Source: Candidatus Limnocylindrales bacterium (GTDB lineage: Bacteria > Chloroflexota > Limnocylindria > Limnocylindrales > CSP1-4). Taken from it: a stretch of DNA of 64,000 nucleotides. Shown one piece after another: positions 19,573 through 29,100 of the stretch (position 1 is its first letter; each line of letters opens with the position of its first letter). A model generated the notes under the pieces. The model did no database searches. It was not told the DNA's origin and saw nothing but the letters and a program-made list of their open reading frames with translations. The stretch lies in NCBI GenBank assembly GCA_038204565.1, contig JBBRCU010000008.1:18412-82411 (forward strand), in the 5' to 3' direction. The position numbers were made by a program, and so were the translations under genes.

Positions 19573-20037
19573 CTAGCTGATGCTGACGACCTTGTAGGTG
19601 AAGTCCCCGGCCGGAACCTTCACGAGGACCTTCTCGCCCTTCTTCTTGCCGAGGAGCGCGCGCCCGACCGGGCTCTCGTTGCTGATCCGGCCTTCGGTCG
19701 GCTTGGCCTCGGTCGAGCCGACGATCGTGAACGACTCCTCGCCATCGTCGCTGGAGACCTTCACCGTCGAGCCGATCTGGACGTGCTCGGTCGAATGGTG
19801 CTCGTCGATGATCGTGGCGTTCTTGATCAGCGCCTGGAGGGTCTGGATCCGGCCCTCGACGAACGCCTGCTCGTTCTTGGCGTCCTCGTACTCGGCGTTC
19901 TCGCTGAGATCGCCGTGCTCCTTGGCGTCATGGATCCGCTGGGCCACTTCCGGCCGCTTGACGGAGGTCATCTCGTCGAGCTCGGTGCGGAGCTTGTCGA
20001 GGCCTTCCTTCGAGAGGTACGTCGGCTTCGTGTTCAT
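19573..20037 (-). CDS. greA: Transcription elongation factor GreA
   Basis: HGDLSENAEYEDAK and ISNESPVGRALLG motifs. Confidence 0.97.
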   Translation of the reverse strand: MNTKPTYLSKEGLDKLRTELDEMTSVKRPEVAQRIHDAKEHGDLSENAEYEDAKNEQAFVEGRIQTLQALIKNATIIDEHHSTEHVQIGSTVKVSSDDGEESFTIVGSTEAKPTEGRISNESPVGRALLGKKKGEKVLVKVPAGDFTYKVVSIS

Positions 20038-20157
20038 CGGGTCGGGCGCCCCCAGGTGCTGGTCGACGGGCCGGACGGCCGCGTCCGCGGGGTTCAGGTA
20101 AACGAAAGAACTCCAGGCTGCACACCACGCCGCGCGCCTGAAGTTCGACCGGCCGAA

Positions 20158-20186
20158 AGACTATCGCGGGGGGTGGACGGTGTCAA
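20158..20186 (-). promoter_or_regulatory. Sigma70-type promoter for greA-lysS-serS
   Basis: Minus strand TTGACA (20181-20186), 17-bp spacer, TAGTCT (20158-20163). Confidence 0.7.
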
Positions 20187-20364
20187 AGAATATCGAGCGC
20201 TCGACGCGAGTGGCGGGGCCTCCGGGGCGGCGTCGTCGTGGCGTCGGCATGCTCCGTCGCGCGGCGTGCTCGGGCGGGCGGCGGTCGCCGCTCGCGCCGG
20301 TGATGCGCCCGCCCGGGGCGCAGGGCGCGCCGCCGTCCGGGGGCAGGGTCGGACTTGCGATACC

Positions 20365-20544
20365 CGATATCGACGCCATCGCTACCGGCCGCTCTGAGGG
20401 CTGGTGAACGACCCGGCGCGTGCGGGATCATGCTCCACAGATGCCGCCGCATCTCGGCGGACACGTAGAATGTGGGCCGTATCGGGCCGAGGTGCCGTAC
20501 CTTCCGGCCCTCCTGCTGCCACGGCTAACGATGGCATTGATGCC
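20365..20544. repeat. Degenerate ~180-bp element with terminal inverted repeats (copy B)
   Basis: CGATATCGACGCCATCGCTACC at 20365-20386 and inverted GCTAACGATGGCATTGATGCC at 20524-20544; same span as copy A. Confidence 0.5.
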
Positions 20545-20647
20545 ACGCCGATGAAGCTCGCGACGACCGTTCCGAGAACGGCGATCGGGCGCCCCGCGGT
20601 CCGGGGGACCAGCGATTGGCCAAGACCGCAGAAACGGGCCCACCTCG

Positions 20648-21112
20648 TCAGCCGGCGTACTCCCGGACCCGCGCCCCGGCGCGGCGCAGGGCCGTCCGGT
20701 CCGGGCAGGCGACGAAGACCGTGTCGTCCCCGGCGATCGAGCCGGCGACCTCGGGCCAGCGCGCCCGGTCGAGCGCTGCCGCGATCGCGTGAGCGGACCC
20801 CGGCAGCGTCCGGATCACGAGGAGCAGACCGGCCTCGTGGATCTCGATCGGCAGGTCCCGCAGGATCGCCCGAAGGCGGTCCTCACCGGAACTCTCGGCG
20901 TCGACCAGCCGCGTCGGCAAGGCATAGGCCTGGGTCCCGTCCAGAGCCGCCTTGACGAGGCCGAGCTCGGCGACATCGCGCGACATCGTGGCCTGCGTCG
21001 TCCGGAACCCGCGCTCGCGGAGGACCGCGGCGAGCTCCTGCTGGGTCCGGATCGGTCGGGCGGCAACAAGATCGCGGATCGCTCGATGGCGGAGTTGCTT
21101 CATCACTTCCAT
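20648..21112 (-). CDS. argR: Arginine repressor
   Basis: TQQEL, TTQATMSRD, RTLPGSA and GSIAGDDT motifs; start M at 21112 after TACCCT. Confidence 0.95.
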   Translation of the reverse strand: MEVMKQLRHRAIRDLVAARPIRTQQELAAVLRERGFRTTQATMSRDVAELGLVKAALDGTQAYALPTRLVDAESSGEDRLRAILRDLPIEIHEAGLLLVIRTLPGSAHAIAAALDRARWPEVAGSIAGDDTVFVACPDRTALRRAGARVREYAG

Positions 21113-21266
21113 CGGACGCGAGGGTACCGCCTGCGGCACCGGCGCCGTCGGAGTCGCGACGGCAGCGGCAGAGCGGGCATCGTTTGGCAGCGGCAGAGCG
21201 GGCGGCGTTTGGCAGAGCCTGGAACGGCGCCGAGCCCGCCTGACCCTCAGGCGGACGTGCGTGGCC

Positions 21267-22085
21267 TCAGCCGAGCCAGAAGACCAGGACGGCCGCGGCG
21301 AAGAGGACCCGATAGATCACGAAGATGTCGGTCGACTGGGTCCGCAGGAAGCGGAGCAGGACCGCGATCGCGAGGATCCCGAAGACGAACGACGCGATGA
21401 GCCCGACGGCGAGTGGAACAACCTGGACCGCGACGCCGGCCCCGCGGATCGCCGACAGGACCTCGTATGCCGCGGCCGCCGCGGTGACCGGGGTGGCCAT
21501 CAGGAAGCTGAACCGGGCGGCCTCCTCGCGCCGAAGCCCGGCGAAAAGCCCGGCCGAGATCGAGATCCCGGACCGGCTGATCCCCGGCAGCAGCGCAATC
21601 GCCTGGGCCCCGCCGATCGCCAGCGCCTGGCCAAACGACAGATCGAGCGCGACGTGCTGGCGTCGGCCGATTCGTTCCGCCAGCCACAGGATCGCGGCCC
21701 CGACGATGAGCAACACCGCGACCGGACCGGGCTCCCGGATCACGTTCTCCAGGTCGTGCAGCAGCAACCCGAAGATGAGAGCCGGGACGGTGGCGACCGC
21801 GAGGAGGACCGCAAGTCGCCGATCCGGGTCACCGTGAAGGGAGCGGTCGCGGACGGCGCCAAAGAACGCCGGAACCAGCCGAAGCCAATCCCGGCGGAAG
21901 TAGATCAGCAGCGCGATGAGGGTCCCGATGTGGAGCATCACGCTGAACTCGAGGGAGAGGATGAACGGGTCGGTTATGCCCAGCAGGTATGGCACAAGGA
22001 TCAGGTGCCCGCTCGAGGACACCGGCAGGAACTCCGTCAGCCCCTGGACGATGCCCATGATCAGCGCCGCGACGACGGTATCCAT
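21267..22085 (-). CDS. uppP: Undecaprenyl-diphosphate phosphatase
   Basis: QGLTEFLPVSSSGHL, PGISRSG and AARFSFLM motifs. Confidence 0.96.
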   Translation of the reverse strand: MDTVVAALIMGIVQGLTEFLPVSSSGHLILVPYLLGITDPFILSLEFSVMLHIGTLIALLIYFRRDWLRLVPAFFGAVRDRSLHGDPDRRLAVLLAVATVPALIFGLLLHDLENVIREPGPVAVLLIVGAAILWLAERIGRRQHVALDLSFGQALAIGGAQAIALLPGISRSGISISAGLFAGLRREEAARFSFLMATPVTAAAAAYEVLSAIRGAGVAVQVVPLAVGLIASFVFGILAIAVLLRFLRTQSTDIFVIYRVLFAAAVLVFWLG

Positions 22086-22183
22086 CGGAGTCCGTTCGGG
22101 TGGTGGGCTGGGCGGCCCGCGGGGAAACGAGGGCGAGCGGCGCCGAGCCGGTCAGCAGACCGTTCGATGCCGCCCGGCGACGA

Positions 22184-24394
22184 TCAGCGAATGAAGAGCG
22201 GGGCGAGGACGAGGGTGATCGTTGCCAGCAGCTTCACGAGGACGTGAAGCGACGGGCCGGCGGTGTCCTTGAACGGGTCACCGACGGTGTCGCCGACGAC
22301 GGCCGCGGCGTGGGCATCCGAGCCCTTGCCGAGGATGTGGCCCTCGACGTCCTTGAGGTTGCCGGACTCGATGTACTTCTTGGCGTTGTCCCACGCGCCG
22401 CCGCCGTTGTTCAGGACGGTGGCGAGCATGACGCCCGAGATCGTCCCGACCATCAGCATCCCGGCCACCGCCTCGGCCCCGAGGAGGAGTCCGACGATGA
22501 TCGGCGTGGCGACTGCGACGACTCCCGGGGCGATCATCTCGCGGAGTGCTGCCCTGGTCGTGATGTCGACGACCCGAGCGTAATCCGGGCGCTGGGTGTA
22601 GTCCATGATCCCGGGCATCTCCCGGAACTGGCGGCGGACCTCGACGATGATCGCCTGGGCTGTCGTGCCGACGGCGCGGATCGCGAGGGAGCTGAAGAAG
22701 TACACGAGCATCGCGCCGATCAGCGCGGCCACGAAGACGCTCACGTTGGCCAGGTTGACCGACGTCAGGAGCGGCTCGCCGCGGTTGGTGTGGATCAGGT
22801 TGACCTTGTCGATGTAGGCGCTGAACAGCAGGAAGGCGGCCAGTGAGGCCGACGCGATCGCGTAGCCCTTGGTGAGGGCCTTCGTCGTGTTGCCGACGGC
22901 GTCGAGGCGGTCGGTGATCTCGCGGGCACCGGCTTCGGCGCGACTGAACTCGGCGATGCCGCCGGCGTTGTCGGTGATCGGGCCGAAGGTGTCCATCGCC
23001 AGGATGTAGGCGGTCGTCATGAGCATGGCCATCGTGGCGACGGCCGTCCCGAAGATGCCGCCAACGTCATGGCCGGCTGCGTTCCTGATCCCGGCCTGCT
23101 CCCCCAGCCAGTGGCTGGCAATCAGGGCGATGCCGATCGTGATCGCGGTGACGAACGTCGTCTCGTAGCCGACCGCGGTGCCCGAGATGATGTTCGTGGC
23201 CGGGCCCGTCCGGGAGGCCTCGGCGATCTCGCGGACGGGGCGGTACGAACCGGCCGTGTAGTACTGGGTGATGTAGACGAAGGCGACGCTCGTGGCGAGG
23301 CCGACGACGCCGGCGGCGAAGAAGAAGAGCCAGACCGGCAGCCCGTTACCGGGCGCGTTGCCGTTGGTCTGGAGCATCACGTTCGTGCACAACAGCAGGG
23401 CGAAGACCGACAGGATCGTCGTGACCCAGTAGCCCCGGTTGAGCATGTTCATCGGGTTCTCGTCTTCCTTGCCGCGAATGAAGAAGATCGCGACGATGGT
23501 CGAGAGGAGCCCGAAGGCGCGGACGACGAGCGGGAAGAAGATCCACGCCGTCGGGTTCGGCCAGCCGTTGGCAAGGGCAATGGCGTAGACGCCGACCCCG
23601 AGGATCATCGCCCCGATGTTCTCGGCCGCCGTGCTCTCGAACAGGTCCGCGCCGCGGCCGGCGCAGTCACCGACGTTGTCGCCGACGAGGTCGGCGACGA
23701 CGCCCGCGTTGCGCGGATCGTCCTCGGGGATGCCCTTCTCGACCTTGCCGACGAGGTCCGAGCCGACGTCGGCGGCCTTCGTGTAGATCCCACCGCCCAA
23801 CTGGGCGAACAAGGCCACGAACGAGGCCCCGAAGCCGAAGCCGACGATCAGGAACGGCGCGTCGTGGGTGGCCTGACCACCACCGAGCCCGCCGAAGAGG
23901 GAAAAGATCCCGTAGACCCCGAGCAACGACAGGGCGACGACGAGGAAGCCCGAGACCGCCCCGCCGCGCATGGCGACCTGGACGGCCTCGACGACGCTGC
24001 GTCGCGCCGCGGCGGCGGTCCGGACGTTGGCCTTGACGCTGATGTACATGCCGATGATCCCCGACGCCATCGAGCACGCGGCACCGACGATGAAGGCGAT
24101 CGAGGTCCGCCAGCCGAGGGCGAGGCCGAAGGTCCCGGTGTCCGCGACCTGCTGGGTCTCGAAGATCGAGATCACGCCGCCGATCACGACGGACCCGACG
24201 ATCGCGAGGATACCGATCGTCGTGTACTGGCGGCGAATGAAGGCGACCGCGCCCTCGAAGATCGTGCCGGCGACGTCCTCCATCGCCTTGGTCCCCGTGT
24301 CACGCGACAGGACGTCGCGGGCGAGGTACAGGGCGAACAGGACGGCGATGATGCCGGCCGGCAGGATGATCAGCTGGAGCGTGTCTGCGCTCAT
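22184..24394 (-). CDS. hppA: Membrane-bound H+-translocating pyrophosphatase (K+-independent type)
   Basis: KAADVGSDLVGKVE, DNVGD, DNAGG, WDNAKK and GDPFKD motifs. GNTTKA has the Lys diagnostic of K+-independent enzymes. Start MSADT after GGAGG. Confidence 0.95.
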   Translation of the reverse strand: MSADTLQLIILPAGIIAVLFALYLARDVLSRDTGTKAMEDVAGTIFEGAVAFIRRQYTTIGILAIVGSVVIGGVISIFETQQVADTGTFGLALGWRTSIAFIVGAACSMASGIIGMYISVKANVRTAAAARRSVVEAVQVAMRGGAVSGFLVVALSLLGVYGIFSLFGGLGGGQATHDAPFLIVGFGFGASFVALFAQLGGGIYTKAADVGSDLVGKVEKGIPEDDPRNAGVVADLVGDNVGDCAGRGADLFESTAAENIGAMILGVGVYAIALANGWPNPTAWIFFPLVVRAFGLLSTIVAIFFIRGKEDENPMNMLNRGYWVTTILSVFALLLCTNVMLQTNGNAPGNGLPVWLFFFAAGVVGLATSVAFVYITQYYTAGSYRPVREIAEASRTGPATNIISGTAVGYETTFVTAITIGIALIASHWLGEQAGIRNAAGHDVGGIFGTAVATMAMLMTTAYILAMDTFGPITDNAGGIAEFSRAEAGAREITDRLDAVGNTTKALTKGYAIASASLAAFLLFSAYIDKVNLIHTNRGEPLLTSVNLANVSVFVAALIGAMLVYFFSSLAIRAVGTTAQAIIVEVRRQFREMPGIMDYTQRPDYARVVDITTRAALREMIAPGVVAVATPIIVGLLLGAEAVAGMLMVGTISGVMLATVLNNGGGAWDNAKKYIESGNLKDVEGHILGKGSDAHAAAVVGDTVGDPFKDTAGPSLHVLVKLLATITLVLAPLFIR

Positions 24395-24667
24395 CAGGTT
24401 TCGGGGTCCTCCACTCTCCACTCGGGCACCGGATCGCGGACTGCGCAGCGGGACCGCGCTTCATCCGGGGAACGGGGCAGCTCGCAGGCGATGTCGGCAG
24501 GCGGGCCGCGAGGGAGTGTAGCAAAGCGCGAAGCTCGGCCGCCACACGCCGGATCAGGAGGGCGCGCCGGGCCCGGGCCCGGGCGCAGCGAGCGGCAGAA
24601 CGTCCGGCGACCGCCGACCGACCGGCCCAGCGTCGATCCGGCCGAGGCACCCTATGCTTCAGCCGCC

Positions 24668-25417
24668 GTGTACGACCGCCAGACTCCGTCACCACCGCCG
24701 GCCGCCCCGGCCCCGCCGTCCCCGAATCGACGCGCCTTCGGCTGCCTGGTCGAGCTCGTCGAGACCGTCGTCCTGACCCTCGTCCTCTTCTTCGTCATCC
24801 AGAACTTCGTCGCCCAGCCGTTTCAGGTCCAGCAGTTCTCGATGCAGAACACGATCCAGGACGGCCAGTACGTCCTCGTCGACCGCCTGACCCCGCGTTT
24901 CGACGGCTACCACCGCGGCGACATCATCGTGTTCACGCCGCCGATCTCGGTCGAGGAGTCGCCCGATCTGAAGCCGTTCATCAAACGGGTCATCGGCATC
25001 GGCGGCGACACGGTCGAGCTCCGCGACGGAAAGGTCTATGTCAATGGCGTCGAGCTCGTCGAGCCGTACCTCTACGCCGTCGACGGGACCGCCCAGGCAT
25101 CCCTCCCGGAGGGCGCCGGGGCGAGCTGGACGATCGCGCCCGGCCAGCTGTTCGTGATGGGCGACCACCGCGCCCGCTCGTCGGACTCCCGCCAGTTCGG
25201 GCCGATCCTGGTCGACCACGTCATCGGCCGGGCCTGGCTCCGCTACTGGCCATTGAACGACCTTGAGGTCCTGCCCACTGCCCAGCACCCGGAGCTGAGC
25301 ACGACGAGCCCGTCGGCCAATCCGTCCGCACGCCCATCGGCCGGGCCGTCCGCCAGGCCGTCGGGAAAGGCGTCGGCCAAGCCGACCAAGCGACCGGCCG
25401 CGACACCCAAGTCCTGA
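24668..25417 (+). CDS. lepB: Signal peptidase I (copy 1, Ser/Pro/Ala/Lys-rich C-tail)
   Basis: SMQNT (catalytic Ser), RGDIIVF, IKRV (Lys) and GDHR..S.DSR motifs; start GTG at 24668 after TATGCT. Confidence 0.9.
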   Translation: MYDRQTPSPPPAAPAPPSPNRRAFGCLVELVETVVLTLVLFFVIQNFVAQPFQVQQFSMQNTIQDGQYVLVDRLTPRFDGYHRGDIIVFTPPISVEESPDLKPFIKRVIGIGGDTVELRDGKVYVNGVELVEPYLYAVDGTAQASLPEGAGASWTIAPGQLFVMGDHRARSSDSRQFGPILVDHVIGRAWLRYWPLNDLEVLPTAQHPELSTTSPSANPSARPSAGPSARPSGKASAKPTKRPAATPKS

Positions 25418-25499
25418 TCGGCGCCCGGATCGGCCGGCATGGCGGGGCCCGTCCGACGACCTATACTGCCGGACTTGTGACCACCCCGACACCGTTCTC

Positions 25500-26096
25500 G
25501 TGACCCGGAAGCCCGCGGTCGGGTGCCTCCTGGAGATCATCGAGACCCTCGTCCTGACCCTGATCATCTTCTGGGTCATCCAGTCGTTCGTCGCCCAGCC
25601 CTTCAAGGTCCAGCAGCGGTCGATGCAGCACACCCTCGAAGAGAACCAGTACGTTCTCGTCGACAAGCTGACCCCTCATTTCGATACGTACAAGCGCGGC
25701 GACGTCGTCGTTTTCAACCCGCCCACGAACTGGGTCGCCAACGTTGGTGAGCCGTACATCAAACGGGTGGTCGGAGTCGGCGGGGACACGATCGAGGTCC
25801 ACGACGGGGCGGTGTTCGTCAACGGCATCAAGCTCATCGAGCCGTATGTGTTCAAGGAGGACGATGGCTCGACCCAGTCAACCGACCCGACTGGGAGCGT
25901 CGACCACTGGGTCATCCCGGACGGCCAGCTGTTCCTGATGGGCGATCACCGCGGCAACTCCGCGGATTCGCGCGAGTTCGGCCCCGTCGACGTCGGGAAC
26001 GTGATCGGCCGAGCGTGGCTTCGGTATTGGCCGATCGACACGTTCGCGGTGCTCCAGACCCCGCGTCACCCGGAGCTCGCGTCCCCGGCGCCATGA
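25500..26096 (+). CDS. lepB: Signal peptidase I (copy 2)
   Basis: SMQHT, RGDVVVF, IKRV and GDHRGNSADSR motifs. Confidence 0.93.
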   Translation: MTRKPAVGCLLEIIETLVLTLIIFWVIQSFVAQPFKVQQRSMQHTLEENQYVLVDKLTPHFDTYKRGDVVVFNPPTNWVANVGEPYIKRVVGVGGDTIEVHDGAVFVNGIKLIEPYVFKEDDGSTQSTDPTGSVDHWVIPDGQLFLMGDHRGNSADSREFGPVDVGNVIGRAWLRYWPIDTFAVLQTPRHPELASPAP

Positions 26097-26121
26097 GCGG
26101 TCGCGAGCGACGGCGAGCGAC

Positions 26122-26907
26122 GTGAACCCGGCCCTCGCGGCGCTTGCCGCGATCACGATCGGAGGGGCGGTCCTGGCCGTCGCCGGGCACGACCCGCGGG
26201 CGGTCCTGCTCGGCATCCTGGTGGTCCTCCTCGGTGGGCCGCTCGTCGCCGATCCGTGGCCGGATCCCGTCGCAATCCTCGTCCGGATCGCGGCGACCCT
26301 GCTCGCGGTCCGGCTCGTCGCGATCGGTCTGCGTGGCGAGGCGCTGACGGGCGGCACCCGGATCGGCTGGCCCGCCGAGGCGCTGGTCGCCGCAGCCGCA
26401 GCCGTCGTCGGGTTCGGCAGCCACGGGCTGGGGGCCCCGGCGCTCGGCCCGCCCGAGGCGCAGGCCACCGGTTTCGCCCTGATCGCGCTGGCGATCGCCC
26501 CGCTTGCGACCGGCCGCGACACCCTCCGCCTGGCCGTCGGCGCGCTCCTCCTGCTGGTCGGGGCTGGTTCCGTGCGGATCGCCCTCGACGCGCCGCCGAG
26601 CCAGGCCGAGCATCTCGTCGGCGCCCTCCTCACGATTGCGATCGGCGGCGCCATCGCGGTCCTGGCGACCGCGGCCCGGGCCGCGGGCGGCCTGGCAGCG
26701 GTCGGTGCGGGCCGCCCCGGCGAGTCGCGGCCGCGCCCGCCCGACGCCCATCGCCCGCCCGCCCGCCGGACCCGGGCAGGTGCAGGTGCAGGTGCAGGTG
26801 CAGGTGCAGGTGCCCCGATCCTGGAACCGGCGCCTCGCGAAGGCCGAAGTGGCGGCGACCGCGGGCGCGTCGGAGATCGTCCGGGCGAAAGGCCGGAGCG
26901 GCAGTGA
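26122..26907 (+). CDS. Polytopic membrane protein (possibly HyfE/NuoJ-K-like), function unknown
   Basis: About 6-7 hydrophobic helices; GTGA-coupled to the NuoN/MrpD-like gene; low-complexity C-tail. Confidence 0.65.
   Translation: MNPALAALAAITIGGAVLAVAGHDPRAVLLGILVVLLGGPLVADPWPDPVAILVRIAATLLAVRLVAIGLRGEALTGGTRIGWPAEALVAAAAAVVGFGSHGLGAPALGPPEAQATGFALIALAIAPLATGRDTLRLAVGALLLLVGAGSVRIALDAPPSQAEHLVGALLTIAIGGAIAVLATAARAAGGLAAVGAGRPGESRPRPPDAHRPPARRTRAGAGAGAGAGAGAPILEPAPREGRSGGDRGRVGDRPGERPERQ
26776..26811 (+). repeat. (GCAGGT)6 in-frame microsatellite encoding (Ala-Gly)6
   Basis: Six perfect tandem hexamers. Confidence 0.9.
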
Positions 26908-28595
26908 CCGTCCTGCCGTTTCTTCTCGTCGCCACCATCGCCGGCACGACCGCCCTCCTCATCCGCGGCTCGCAGCGCTGGTCGACGGCCGTCGCCGTCG
27001 GGGGACTCGGCGGGATGGCCGTCCTGGCCGCGGGGTTCGGGCCGACCACCGGTGTCCGGATCGCGGGGACGACTCTCGCGGCGTCCGACTGGCTCCGACT
27101 CTTCGCCTTGCTCGGCAGCATCGTCGGCCTGCTGCTGGTGGCCGTCGATGCGGCGACCAAGCACGAGCCGGACGTGCCCGGGATCATCGTCCTCGGGCTG
27201 GGCAGCGCGGTCCTCGCCCTCGCGCTGACGGACCCGGGCACGGCCGTCGCCGCGGCCACGGCCGGCGGACTGGCCGGAATCCTCGTCGCTGCCCCGGTCG
27301 GCGCCGCTGCGCGGGCGGTCTTCGTCGGGGTCCGCGAGTTGCGCGCACTGGCCATCGCCGGAGCCCTCGCAATCGGCGCGACCGCCTGGATCGGGCGGCC
27401 GTTCGGCGAGCTGGGCATCGCGCCCGCCGTCTTCGGACTGGCCTACCTTGCCTTCGCCCTCGCCGTCGCGATCCGCTTCGGCGCGATCCCGTTCCACCTG
27501 TGGGCGGCCCGCCTGGCCGACGCCGCGCCAGGTGTTGCTCTACCCCTGCTCATGGCCTGGGGGCCGGCCGCCTTCGCCGCGATCGCCCTCGTCTGGATCG
27601 ACCGGTCGGTGGCCCCGCTGGGCCTGCCGCTCGATACCGAACGGTCGATCCTTGCCACGATCGGCGCCCTGAGCGTCGTCCTCGGCCTCGTCGCCGCCTG
27701 GATCCAGGACGATCTCGAGCACGTCGTCGGCTACACGATCGCCGCGGATGCGGGCTTCGTGGTCCTCGCCCTGGCCGGCCTCGACCCGGCGGTCTGGGCG
27801 CCGAGCCGGACCTGGCTGCTTGTCTTCGTGGTGGGGCGGAGCGCCTTCGCGGCCTGGGTGGTCGCCCTCCATGGCGCATTCGGGACACGACGGCTGTTGG
27901 AGCTCGCGGGCTGGGCTCGTCGGGCGCCGGTCCTGGCAGTCGCCCTGGCGGTCGGCGCCGTGGCCGCGGTCGGCTGGCCGGGGCTCGTCGCCTGGCAGGC
28001 CCGGGCCGATCTCGCCCGCCTCGCCTTGCCGGATGTCGTGGCCACGCTCGTTGCCTGGGCGCCTCTCGGGGCGACGGCTATCTACGCCCGGATCCTGTGG
28101 ATCGGGCTGCAGCCGCCGGGGCCAGCTGTCCGGACCGGCGTCGGCGAGCGACCTGCCTGGCCGATCCGATGGCGACACCGACCGATGGTCGGCGTCGCGG
28201 GCCTGGAGCGGCTTCTCGAGCGGCTTGCTCACGCGTTCGGCGGCGTCCTCGACCAGCTCTGGGCGTTGCCCGCGGCCGCCCGCCTCAACCGCGTGCCGCT
28301 CGCATCGATCGCGGCGCTCGTGCTGGCCGGTCTCGCCTTCGCGATCAGCGGCGGCGGGTTCGGCGTCTCGGCGGCCGCCGGCGCGGTTCCCGCGATCGAG
28401 ACGCCCACCGACAACGGACCCGGGTTCCAGCCGGTCCCTGGCCCGTCGGCCGGACCGCCGGCGAGCGCCCGCCCGACGGCCGCCCCGACATTCACCTTCG
28501 TGCCGATCGGTGGGTCACCGGCGAGCTCCCCGGGGTCGACCGGGTCGGGCCCAGATGGGTCGGGCCCGAGCGGGTCCGCGATCACGGGCGACTGA
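26904..28595 (+). CDS. Proton-conducting membrane transporter family (NuoN/MrpD-like), divergent
   Basis: IRFGAIPFHLW..AP, QDDLEHVVGY and AVGWPG motifs; many TMs; Pro/Ser/Gly-rich C-tail; start GTG at 26904. Confidence 0.75.
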   Translation: MTVLPFLLVATIAGTTALLIRGSQRWSTAVAVGGLGGMAVLAAGFGPTTGVRIAGTTLAASDWLRLFALLGSIVGLLLVAVDAATKHEPDVPGIIVLGLGSAVLALALTDPGTAVAAATAGGLAGILVAAPVGAAARAVFVGVRELRALAIAGALAIGATAWIGRPFGELGIAPAVFGLAYLAFALAVAIRFGAIPFHLWAARLADAAPGVALPLLMAWGPAAFAAIALVWIDRSVAPLGLPLDTERSILATIGALSVVLGLVAAWIQDDLEHVVGYTIAADAGFVVLALAGLDPAVWAPSRTWLLVFVVGRSAFAAWVVALHGAFGTRRLLELAGWARRAPVLAVALAVGAVAAVGWPGLVAWQARADLARLALPDVVATLVAWAPLGATAIYARILWIGLQPPGPAVRTGVGERPAWPIRWRHRPMVGVAGLERLLERLAHAFGGVLDQLWALPAAARLNRVPLASIAALVLAGLAFAISGGGFGVSAAAGAVPAIETPTDNGPGFQPVPGPSAGPPASARPTAAPTFTFVPIGGSPASSPGSTGSGPDGSGPSGSAITGD

Positions 28596-28638
28596 GGAGC
28601 ACGGCCGGGATCGACCCGGCCTGGCTGGGCCGCCGGGG

Positions 28639-29100
28639 TCAGTCCGCCGGCGCGAGCACCCAGCGATCGATCTCCCGCTCATAGGCGTGGAGATCGTGGA
28701 CCCCGAACCACAGCGCGATCTCGGCGGCGGCATTCTCGGAACTGTCCGAGGCGTGGACGAGGTTCTGGGCGGTCTCGAGGGCGAGGTCGCCGCGGATCGA
28801 GCCGGGCGCCGCCTCGTGCGGACGCGTTGCGCCGTTCATCGCCCGGACGACCGCGATCGCGTTGGGCCCCTCGAGGACGACCGCGACGAGCGGGGCGCTG
28901 GTGATGAACTCGACGAGACCCCGGAAGAACGGCTTCTCGCGGTGGACCGCGTAGTGGCGCTCGGCAAGATCGGCCGAGACTCTGATCAGCTTCAGGCCGA
29001 CGAGCTTCAGGCCGCGGTCCTCGTAGCGGCCAAGGATCCGTCCCGTCAGGAGGCGCTGGACGCCGTCGGGCTTGATCAGGACGAGAGTGCGTTCGTTCAC
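28639..29100 (-). CDS. ndk: Nucleoside-diphosphate kinase
   Basis: ERTLVLIKPDGVQR, PGSIRGD and NLVHASDS motifs. Confidence 0.97.
   Translation of the reverse strand: MNERTLVLIKPDGVQRLLTGRILGRYEDRGLKLVGLKLIRVSADLAERHYAVHREKPFFRGLVEFITSAPLVAVVLEGPNAIAVVRAMNGATRPHEAAPGSIRGDLALETAQNLVHASDSSENAAAEIALWFGVHDLHAYEREIDRWVLAPAD

Noticed and set aside
20648-21112. ArgR as part of the cyanophycin locus
   Set aside because: About 38 kb away, and no convincing ARG boxes were seen upstream of the CphA-like gene.
22184-24394. Na+-translocating pyrophosphatase
   Set aside because: GNTTKA has Lys at the K+-dependence position; known Na+-PPases are K+-dependent, with Ala there.
23069-25417. 782-aa ORF suggesting a giant signal peptidase fusion
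   Set aside because: The first ~530 codons are antisense to hppA or intergenic; the real lepB starts at about 24668.
26776-26811. Phase-variation tract or CRISPR-like repeat
   Set aside because: The hexamer unit keeps the frame and lies in a low-complexity tail with no spacers; no CRISPR array or cas genes were seen in the window.
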